64,000 nucleotides of DNA, from contig CAVYZQ010000001.1 of the NCBI GenBank assembly GCA_963772995.1, positions 14,420 through 78,419 of the forward strand, given 5' to 3'. Under the pieces are notes generated by a model. The model saw only the letters and a list, made by a program, of their open reading frames with translations. It searched no databases and was not told the origin of the DNA. Shown here piece by piece: positions 21,471 to 29,454 of this stretch (position 1 is its first letter; each line of letters starts with the position of its first letter). The position numbers and the translations under genes are program-made. Origin of the DNA: an uncultured Chloroflexia bacterium. GTDB lineage: Bacteria; Chloroflexota; Limnocylindria; Limnocylindrales; CSP1-4.

Positions 21471-23138
21471 TCGTCGACCTCGATCGCGCCGACGCCGCGG
21501 TCCCGGCCCCGCGGCGAGCCCTCCTGTCCGTCTCGGACAAGACGGGCCTCGTCGAGCTCGGCCGGGGTCTCGTCGCGCGCGGCTTCGAGCTGGTCTCGAC
21601 GGGCGGCACCGCGCGAGCGCTCCGGGACGCCGGCCTCCCCGTGACCGACGTCGCAGCCGTGACCGGGTTCCCCGAGATGCTCGACGGCCGGATCAAGACG
21701 CTCCATCCCCGGATCCACGGCGGCCTGCTCGCCGACCGGCGGCGTGCCGACCACCGTCGCCAGCTCCTGGCCGCGGCGATCGCGCCGTTCGACCTCGTCG
21801 TCGTGAACCTCTATCCCTTCGCGGCCGCGCTCGAACGGCCCGGGGTCGGCGTCGACGACCTGGTCGAGGAGATCGACATCGGCGGCCCGGCCATGGTCCG
21901 CGCCGCCGCCAAGAACCACGCCAACGTCGCGATCGTGACCTCACCGGGCCGCTACGACGCCATCCTCGGAGCGCTCGACGCCGAGGACGGGCTCGGCATC
22001 GACGCCGGGCTGCGGCGTGCCCTCGCGGTCGAGGCCTTCGCCCACACCGCCGCCTACGACGCGCGCATCGCCGAGGCGCTGCCCGGGCGGCTGGCGGCGG
22101 GCGGCCTCGCACTGCCCGACGAACCAGGGCTGCCCGGCGCGACGGATCCGTACCCGGCGCGCATGACGATCGCGCTCGAGAAGGTCGAGACGCTGCGCTA
22201 CGGGGAGAACCCGCACCAGTCGGCGGCGCGCTACCGGCGGCCCGGGACCGGACCCGACGACGGCCTCTTCGCGCTGGACCGGCCGCCGCTCCAGGGCAAG
22301 GCGCTCTCCTACAACAACGTGCTCGACGCGGCCGCGGCGTCGGCGTTCGGGCGCGCGCTGCACGGACCGGGCGTCGTCATCGTGAAGCACACGAACCCGT
22401 GCGGCGCGGCCGAGCGGGCCACCCTCCTGGAGGCCTGGCGGGCGGCCCTTGCCGGCGACCCGGTGTCGGCTTTCGGCGGAGTGGTGGCGCTGACCGAGTC
22501 GGTCGACCGGCCGGTTGCCGAGGCCCTGGTCTCGATCTTCCTCGAGGTGATCGTGGCGCCGGCCTTCGACGACGCGGCGCTCGAGGTGCTCGCCGGCAAG
22601 CCGAACCTGCGCCTGGTCGTCGACCCCGTCCTCGGCCGTGATGCCACCCGGCCCCTGCCGGGTCCCGACGAGCTCGATCCGCTCGGCCGGCGGCGCGGTC
22701 CTCGTGACCGCGACCGATACGATCGCCGACGATCCGGCGACGTGGATGGTCGCGACCCGCCGTCAGCCGACGGACAGCGAGCTGATCGACCTCGATCTCG
22801 CGTGGCGCCTCGTTCGTGGCGTGACCTCGAACGCCATCGTCCTGGTCCGTGACCGGCGACTGATCGGGATGGGCTCGGGGCAGACCTCGCGTGTCGACGC
22901 CGCGCGAGGGGCGGTCGCCCAGGCGCGGGCCTACGCCGATCCGGCCGACCTCGTTGGGTCGGCCTGCGCCTCGGACGCGTTCTATCCGTTCGCGGACGCG
23001 GTCGAGGTCTGCCTCGCGGCGGGGACGACGGCATTCGCGCAGCCGGGGGGCTCGGTCCGTGACGCGGAGGTCGTCGCGGCCGTCGATGAGGCAGGCGGCA
23101 CGATGCTGATGACCGGCATCCGGCACTTCCGGCACTGA
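21467..23138 (+). CDS. purH: AICAR transformylase / IMP cyclohydrolase (one apparent frameshift near 22680)
   Basis: RRALLSVSDKTGLVELGRGL, STGGTARAL, GFPEMLDGRIKTLHP, DIGGPAMVRAAAKNH, KHTNPCG. The C-terminal part QPGGSVRD...TGIRHFRH is in another frame. Confidence 0.9.
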
Positions 23139-23208
23139 TCGCGCAGCCCAGGGAGCTGACCCGGGGTTGCATCTTGACGTCGCGCCCCGACGCGGGCATC
23201 GTCGCGCG

Positions 23209-24759
23209 ATGACCGCCCCCGCGGCCGTCGGCATCGTGGTCGACGACGCTCCTCTGACCATCCGCGACATCGTCGAGATCGCGCGCGGCGCGCCGGTCGA
23301 GCTCGGACCCGCCGCCTCGAGGCGCATCGCCGAGTCGCGCGCCGTCGTCGATGGACTGGTGAACGGCGAGGCCCTCATCTACGGCCTGAACACGGGCCTC
23401 GGCCACATGCGCAACGAGCGCGTGCCGCTGGAGATCCTCGAGCAGATGCAGGTCATCACCGTCCGCGTCCACGCCGGCGGGATCGGGGAGCCATTGCCGA
23501 CCGAGATCGTCCGTGCGGCGATGGCGGTCCGCCTGGCGGGCATCGCGCGGGGCGGCTCGGGCGCCTCGCCCGCGATCGCGGACTCCTACGTGGCGATGCT
23601 CAACGCCGGCGTCCATCCGGTCGTGCCCCTGATCGGGTCGGTCGGTGCGTCCGACCTCATGCACATGGCGGCGATCGCGCTCGTCGCGATCGGCGAGGGC
23701 GAGGCCGACCTCGACGGCCAGCGGATGTCCGGAGCCGAGGCGCTTCGTCGAGCCGGCATCGAGCCCATCCGCCTGGCACCGAAGGATGGCCTGACCATCA
23801 TCTCCGCGAACGGCGTATCGATCGGCCACGCGGCGCTCGTGATCGATCGCGCCAGGCGCCTCGCGGAGGCCGCCGACCTCGTCGTGGCACTGTCGCTGGA
23901 GGCCGCCCAGGGCAACCTGTCGATCGTCCAGCCGCGGGTCGCCCTCGCCAAGCCGGTTCCCGGCCAGGCCGTGGTCGCGCGGCGGATCCTGGCGTTCCTC
24001 GAGGGGAGTGGGCTGTGCACCGGCGACGCCCCGTCCGTCCAGGACCCGCTCTCGTACCGCGTCGCGCCACAGGTTCTCGGCGCGTTCCGCGAGGTGTTGG
24101 GATTCGCGAGCGCCGCGGTCGACGGCGAGATCGCGGCGATGGACGACAACCCGCTCGTCTCGATCGACGAGGATCGGATGTCGAGCAATGGCAACTTCCA
24201 CCCCATGCTGATGGCGCTGGCGGTCGACGCGATCCGGCCGGCCCTGGCCCACGTGGGCCAACTGTCCGACCGGCGCACGGGTCAGCTGTGGGATCGACTC
24301 GCGACCGACCCGACCGCGTTCACGCCGGAGGGCTTCGAGCGGCTGTCCCGCTTCGGGTCGCCGCTGCTGCGCTGGAGTGGCGCGGCGCGGTCCGCGGAGC
24401 TGCGAACGCTGGCCGACCCCGTCACCCTCGACGTGGCGCCGCTCGACCTCGGCGTCGAGGATCACTCGACGAATGCTCCGCTCGCTGTCCGGCGCACGGA
24501 TGACGCGCTGGCTTTGGCCGAGGACATCCTGACCGTGGAGCTGCTGACCGCGACGGCAGTGGTCGGCTGGCAGGACCAGATCCGGGAGCGCATGGGTCCC
24601 CGGACGCGGGCCGCCCTGGACCTCGTGGCCGAGACGCTCGCCGATCTGGGTGTCGGCGCCACCGGCGACCGGGTGCACGCGGCTGCGCGCGTGCTGTTGC
24701 TGGGCCCGTTGCTTGACGCGGCCGGGTCGGCCGAGCCTGCGGGTGGACCCCTCGGGTGA
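23209..24759 (+). CDS. Histidine/phenylalanine ammonia-lyase family protein with non-canonical MIO triad
   Basis: Intact ORF with IYGLNTGLG, IGSVGASDLMHMAAIAL (canonical is GSxGASGDL), ISANG, VQDPLSYR, DDNPL, SNGNFHP, GVEDHSTN. Confidence 0.8.
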   Translation: MTAPAAVGIVVDDAPLTIRDIVEIARGAPVELGPAASRRIAESRAVVDGLVNGEALIYGLNTGLGHMRNERVPLEILEQMQVITVRVHAGGIGEPLPTEIVRAAMAVRLAGIARGGSGASPAIADSYVAMLNAGVHPVVPLIGSVGASDLMHMAAIALVAIGEGEADLDGQRMSGAEALRRAGIEPIRLAPKDGLTIISANGVSIGHAALVIDRARRLAEAADLVVALSLEAAQGNLSIVQPRVALAKPVPGQAVVARRILAFLEGSGLCTGDAPSVQDPLSYRVAPQVLGAFREVLGFASAAVDGEIAAMDDNPLVSIDEDRMSSNGNFHPMLMALAVDAIRPALAHVGQLSDRRTGQLWDRLATDPTAFTPEGFERLSRFGSPLLRWSGAARSAELRTLADPVTLDVAPLDLGVEDHSTNAPLAVRRTDDALALAEDILTVELLTATAVVGWQDQIRERMGPRTRAALDLVAETLADLGVGATGDRVHAAARVLLLGPLLDAAGSAEPAGGPLG

Positions 24760-24967
24760 CCGCGGGCGAGCCGCCGCGATCGGACGAAGGTTCGGGCGCG
24801 CGCGTCTCGGCTGATCCGTCGGGGCGCGCCGCGGCCTCGCCGCCGTCGACACCGCCGATACCGTCGGCCGGGGAGCCGCGCGCGCCGCGGGGGCGTCTCC
24901 TGCGGCCCCATCGCCGCCGCCCCCGGCGCTTGGCGCCGGACCGGCCAACCCCGTCGCCATCATCCTC

Positions 24968-26323
24968 GTGGCGGCCGTTGCCGCCTTCACCGCGAACATC
25001 GACCTCAGCATCGTCACCCTCGCGCTCCCGTCGATCGGCCGTGCCTTCGGCACCAGCCAGTCGGAGCTGGCGTGGACCCTGACCGCGTATGTGCTGCCGT
25101 ACGCCGTGTCGATCCTCGCGGTCGGACGGCTGGGGGATGGGTTCGGACATCGACGCGTGCTCGTCGTCGGTGCCGTCCTGTTCGGCATCGGCTCGATCGT
25201 GTCCGCGACGGCGCCGTCATATCCGTTCCTGCTCCTCGGACGGGTGCTGCAGGGCCTCGGCGGAAGCGCGCTGCTCACGATCGGGCTCGCGATCATCTCC
25301 GCGAATTTCAGCGGCCCCGCCCGCGGCCGAGCCCTCGGCTTCTATTTCGCGGCCGGTGCAGGCGCTGCGGTGATCGGACCGATCGTGGGCGGCCTGCTGA
25401 CCTCGGTCGGCGGCTGGCCGGCGATCTTCTGGTGCCAGATCCCGCTGGCGGCCGTCGTCGCGATCGTGGCCTGGACCGTCCTGCCGGGACGCGCCGCAGG
25501 TCGGCGCCGCTCGCTCGACGCGCCGGGCCTGGCCCTCGGGACCCTCGTGCTGCTCGGTGCGAACGTCGCTCTCCTGCAGGCGAATGGGTGGGGGTGGACC
25601 TCGCCGGCAGTCCTCGCGGCGTGGCTGCTGGCGGCGCTCGCGCTGGTGGCCTTCGTGCGTCGCGAGCGCACGGCCGCGGAGCCCGCGATCCGGCTGTCCG
25701 TCTTCCGGAGCCGCATCTACGTCGCGTCCGTTCTCGTCGGCGGCGCCGTGTGGTTCGGGATCATCTCCGGAAGCGTCATGCTCTCCATCTACCTCCAGAC
25801 CGTGCGCGGCCTGAGTGCCCTGGAAGCGGCGCTCGTCCTCACGCCGTGGCCGCTCATCTCGGCGTTCGTGTTCCCTCGTGCGAGCCGGATCGTGGCCTCA
25901 CTCGGCCCCGAACGGACGATGATCGGCAGTCTCGTCGTCGCGGCGGTGGCGGCCGGCCTGATGGTGACGTTCGACGCTGCGACGCCGCTGGTGGTGGTCT
26001 CGGCGGTGGCCGCCCTGGGCGGCGTGCCGCTCGCGCTCGGCGTGACGGCCAGCACGGTCTGTGCCCTGGCCGAGTTCCCGCCCGCCGAGGCCGGGATCGC
26101 GTCGGGCGTGTTCAACAGCCTGCGGCAGGTGGGCGCGTCGTTCGGGGTGGCGATCCCTGCCGCCGCCTTCGACCTCGCCCAGGCGGGGAGTGCGACGCCG
26201 GACCCCATGGCCGGCGCCGTCTGGGCGTTCGCCAGCCGCGCGGTCGTGTTCACCGCGGTGCTCGTCGCGGTCGCCGCGATCATGCCGCGGCGCCACGTCG
26301 TCCCGCTGGCCGAGCCCGCCTGA
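24968..26323 (+). CDS. MFS transporter, DHA2 (EmrB/QacA-like) type; true start may be the GTG at 24756
   Basis: Motifs LALPSIGRAF, GRLGDGFGHRRVLVVG. About 12-14 TM segments. GTG at 24756 overlaps the upstream stop (GTGA) but is in another frame. Confidence 0.8.
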   Translation: MAAVAAFTANIDLSIVTLALPSIGRAFGTSQSELAWTLTAYVLPYAVSILAVGRLGDGFGHRRVLVVGAVLFGIGSIVSATAPSYPFLLLGRVLQGLGGSALLTIGLAIISANFSGPARGRALGFYFAAGAGAAVIGPIVGGLLTSVGGWPAIFWCQIPLAAVVAIVAWTVLPGRAAGRRRSLDAPGLALGTLVLLGANVALLQANGWGWTSPAVLAAWLLAALALVAFVRRERTAAEPAIRLSVFRSRIYVASVLVGGAVWFGIISGSVMLSIYLQTVRGLSALEAALVLTPWPLISAFVFPRASRIVASLGPERTMIGSLVVAAVAAGLMVTFDAATPLVVVSAVAALGGVPLALGVTASTVCALAEFPPAEAGIASGVFNSLRQVGASFGVAIPAAAFDLAQAGSATPDPMAGAVWAFASRAVVFTAVLVAVAAIMPRRHVVPLAEPA

Positions 26324-26450
26324 CGCGCCCGGCCTGACCGAGGGCGGCGCCGCGCGGTGCGCGGACGCGATGTCGGCGCGGGGGCGCTGAAAGTCCCGCG
26401 GGCGTCCCGGTGCCCGGCTCCCCGAAGCGCCCGACCTGGTCCGCGCCGCC

Positions 26451-26502
26451 CCAAAGATTCTTTGCAAAGGGTATTGCGCAAAGAAGTCTTTGCGGTTATG
26501 AT
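26451..26502 (+). promoter_or_regulatory. Promoter (TTGCGC-17-TATGAT) interleaved with nested palindromes, probable ArsR-type operator
   Basis: CAAAGATTCTTTG, CTTTGCAAAG (26459-26468), TTGCGCAA and GCAAAGAAGTCTTTGC lie within about 45 nt of locally AT-rich sequence. The -10 ends 6 nt before the ATG at 26509. Confidence 0.5.
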
Positions 26503-26508
26503 GACGGC

Positions 26509-27090
26509 ATGAACGACACCGATCGCACCCGGGTCACCGAGGTCGAGGCGCTGCGCGCCATCGCTCATCCGCTCAGAGGTCGGATGCTCGGCGCGCTGCG
26601 CGAGACAGGTCCGGCGACCGCCACGGAGCTTGCTGAGCGCTTCGGTGAGTCCAGCGGGGCGACGAGCTACCACCTTCGACAGCTGGCACGCTACGGGTTC
26701 ATCGTCGAGGACGAGCAGCAACCTTCGCGACGCGAGCGCCGATGGCGGGCCGCGGCGAAGTTCACGTCGTGGGACGACGAGGACTTCATCGAGCAGCCCG
26801 GCGGGCGCGAGGCCGCGGACGCGGTCCACGACCTGCAGCTCCGGGCGCGCGACCGTCGAGACCGGCAGTGGCGCGACCGGATGCTCACGTGGGACCGGGC
26901 GTGGCTGCGCAGCGCCGGGATGAGCGACGTCGAGGCGCGCCTGACACCCGAGGCGACTCGGCGACTGCAGGAAGAGATGATCGAGCTCGCGGCCCGTCTC
27001 GAGGCGGAGACGGGCGACTCGCCCGACGCCGCGACGGTCGCGATCTTCATCCAGGCTATCCCTGTCCATCCGGAGGATCACGGACGATGA
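26509..27090 (+). CDS. ArsR/winged-helix family transcriptional regulator
   Basis: LRAIAHPLRGRMLGALRETGPATATELAERFGESSGATSYHLRQLARYGFI is a wHTH, followed by a C-terminal extension. Confidence 0.8.
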   Translation: MNDTDRTRVTEVEALRAIAHPLRGRMLGALRETGPATATELAERFGESSGATSYHLRQLARYGFIVEDEQQPSRRERRWRAAAKFTSWDDEDFIEQPGGREAADAVHDLQLRARDRRDRQWRDRMLTWDRAWLRSAGMSDVEARLTPEATRRLQEEMIELAARLEAETGDSPDAATVAIFIQAIPVHPEDHGR

Positions 27091-28385
27091 CACCCTCGAT
27101 GCCCGGCCTGGTTCGCCGGTTCGCCTTCCTGACCGCGCTCCGCTGGTTCCCGGTGGGGCTCTACATCCCCGTGGCGGTCCTGCTCATGCAGGCCCGCGGC
27201 CTCGACCTCGCCACGATCGGTGGCCTGTACGCGATCTACGGCATCGTCACCGTCGTCCTCGAGTTGCCGACCGGTGGGCTGGCAGACGTCGTCGGGCGCC
27301 GACTGGTGCTTGTCGTCTCGGCGCTTGCGACCGCGGCGAGCCTGTGCATCGCCGCCTTCGCCCAGAGTGTCGAGGCCTTCGCGGTCGCGATGGTCATCAG
27401 CGCCGTCGGGCGTGCTCTCGGCTCGGGTCCGCTCGACGCCTGGTTCGTCGATACCGCCCATGGCATCGATGCCGAACTGCCGGTCCGTGGCGGCCTCTCG
27501 CGGGCCGCCAGCGCGGAGGCCCTGGCTCTTGGTAGCGGCGCGGTCATCGGCGGGCTCCTGCCGAGCATCGCCACACGGGTCTGGACGGCCCTGCCGTCGG
27601 CCGGCGATGCGACCCTGATCAGCATGTCCGTCCCTGCCCTGGCTGCGGCCGCACTGATGGCCTGCTACGGCATCGCCGTGGTCCTCCTCGTTCATGAGGT
27701 TCGTCCCGCGTGGGCCGGCGCCGGGGCGCTCGTTCGGAACGTCCCCACCACAGTGGGCGATGGCCTTCGACTCGGCCTCGGCGACGGTGTGCTCCGCCGG
27801 CTCATGGCGCGTGCGGCACTGCTCGGGATCGTCCTGTCGGGCATCGAGCTGCTCTCGCCCGGGACGTTCGCCGGGCTCCTCGGCGGGGAGGAGCAGGCGA
27901 GTGGTGCCTACGGCTTCCTCGCCGCGGCCGCCTTCACCGCCAGTGCCCTCGGGGCGGGGCTCGCTCCCGCCGCCGCGTCGCGTCTCGGCGGCGGAGCGCG
28001 GACCGCTGCCATCATGTCGTGGCTGGCGGCACCCGCAGCCATCGCCGTGGCGATCCCGCTCATCGGCGCGGCGGGCCTCGGCTACGTCGGGATCTACCTC
28101 CTGCTCGGGGTGGCCGGTCCGCTCACGTCCGAGCTGCTCCACGGCCGGGTCGCCGCCGGCCAGCGAGCCACGATGCTGTCGGCCGAGTCGCTTGCGCTCC
28201 AGGCCGGGGGAGTCGTGTCGAACCTCGTGCTCGGCTCCCTGGTCGTCGCGACGTCGACCGGCGCCGGGTTCATCGTCGTCGCCATGGCGCTCGTCGCCTC
28301 GGGCGTGCTGCTGCTGTCCATCGGCGACCGGCCGAAGGTCGCGTCCGACGCCGCCGATGCCCAGCCGCCCGCGGGAGCCGCCTGA
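27087..28385 (+). CDS. MFS transporter
   Basis: ATGA overlap with the regulator stop. Intact, about 12 TM, PTGGLADVVGRR motif. Confidence 0.85.
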   Translation: MTPSMPGLVRRFAFLTALRWFPVGLYIPVAVLLMQARGLDLATIGGLYAIYGIVTVVLELPTGGLADVVGRRLVLVVSALATAASLCIAAFAQSVEAFAVAMVISAVGRALGSGPLDAWFVDTAHGIDAELPVRGGLSRAASAEALALGSGAVIGGLLPSIATRVWTALPSAGDATLISMSVPALAAAALMACYGIAVVLLVHEVRPAWAGAGALVRNVPTTVGDGLRLGLGDGVLRRLMARAALLGIVLSGIELLSPGTFAGLLGGEEQASGAYGFLAAAAFTASALGAGLAPAAASRLGGGARTAAIMSWLAAPAAIAVAIPLIGAAGLGYVGIYLLLGVAGPLTSELLHGRVAAGQRATMLSAESLALQAGGVVSNLVLGSLVVATSTGAGFIVVAMALVASGVLLLSIGDRPKVASDAADAQPPAGAA

Positions 28386-28539
28386 CCGGAGCCGCCTGGC
28401 CGGCTCGATCGGAGACCGCGGGCAGACTCGGCGCGAATGCCCTGCGCGGATGCGCGTATATGGAACCGAAAGGCTGCGCGCGAAAGCCTCAAAGCGTTAG
28501 GCTGACGTGGGAGGAGAGCATCGGAGCGAGGAGAACGCC

Positions 28540-29016
28540 ATGTCCGAGTTGATCGCCGTCACCTTCGATGACGCGGAACAGGGTCCGGCCGCACTTCGGT
28601 CGATCCGCGCGCTCGAGAAGGACCACGGCATCCGCCTCGAGGACACCGCCGTCATCGTGAAGGACGCCGACGGCAAGGTGCAGGCCCACAACGAGATGTC
28701 GAGCTCGACCGAGACGGGCGCGGTCGTCGGCGGCATCCTCGGTGGCGCCCTTTTCCTGTTCTTCCCCGTCGTCGGGATCGTGGCGGGCGCGCTCGCCGGA
28801 GGACTCATCGGGCGGGCAGCGAAGGGCGGCATCGACGCGAAGTTCGTCAAGGAGGTCTCCGACGACCTGCCGCCAGGGGGCTCGGCCCTGTTCCTCCTCA
28901 CCCGCGACAGCGACACGTCGGGTCTCCTCGGGGCGCTCCGCCAGTACCACGGGCGTGTCCGCCAGACGACTCTCGACGAGGAGGACGAGAAGGCCCTGGA
29001 GGCGTCGCTCAAGTAG
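28540..29016 (+). CDS. DUF1269-family membrane protein
   Basis: SD GAGGAG upstream. MSELIAVTFDDAEQGPAALRSIRALEKDHGIRLEDTAVIVKDADGKV, then Gly-rich TM GAVVGGILGGALFLFFPVVGIVAGALAGGLIG. Confidence 0.7.
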   Translation: MSELIAVTFDDAEQGPAALRSIRALEKDHGIRLEDTAVIVKDADGKVQAHNEMSSSTETGAVVGGILGGALFLFFPVVGIVAGALAGGLIGRAAKGGIDAKFVKEVSDDLPPGGSALFLLTRDSDTSGLLGALRQYHGRVRQTTLDEEDEKALEASLK

Positions 29017-29261
29017 GTCTGCCTGCGAGTCGGCGCTCGCCTGGAGAGCCTCCGGCTTCGTTCCAGGGACTTCCATCGCTGCCGGCCTCGCGCCGGTGAT
29101 GTCGGGCGCGACGTCGGATGGGTTACCGACGCGCTGACTTCATCGCCCGAGCGATCGGTTCGATACGGGCTGTCCGTGGCCGCTCGGCGCCCCTCCCAGC
29201 GCCAGAAGATGGCGCGTCGACACTTCGAAGCGCTGGCGATGAACATCCAGCGATCACGGGC

Positions 29262-29437
29262 GGCCAGATCCGGTGCCACCGCCGAGCCGCTCGTGCCTGG
29301 ACTGCCGCGTCCGACTCGGCTGGCCAGATCGGGGTGGACCGCCGAGCCGCTCAGGCCTGGACGGCCGTCCGACTCGGTCGGCCAGGGCGAGCGTCCACGG
29401 CCCACCCCGAGTCATGGCTGGACGGCCGCTCCCGACT
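29262..29437. repeat. 60-nt tandem repeat, about 2.7 copies, upstream of metG
   Basis: GGCCAGATC starts at 29262 and 29322 (period 60). Units share ACCGCCGAGCCGCTC..GCCTGGAC.GCCG.GTCCGACTCGG. They contain palindromes GGACGGCCGTCC and CCGACTCGGTCGG. Confidence 0.6.
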
Positions 29438-29454
29438 GATACCATCGCCCTCCC

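Noticed and set aside
29331-29344. T-box-like GGGGTGGACCGCCG in the repeats upstream of metG
   Set aside because: No specifier loop, Stem I features or terminator/sequestrator could be built. UGGA would pair with a U73 discriminator, which is not that of tRNA-Met. The string is part of a tandem DNA repeat, and metG appears leaderless.
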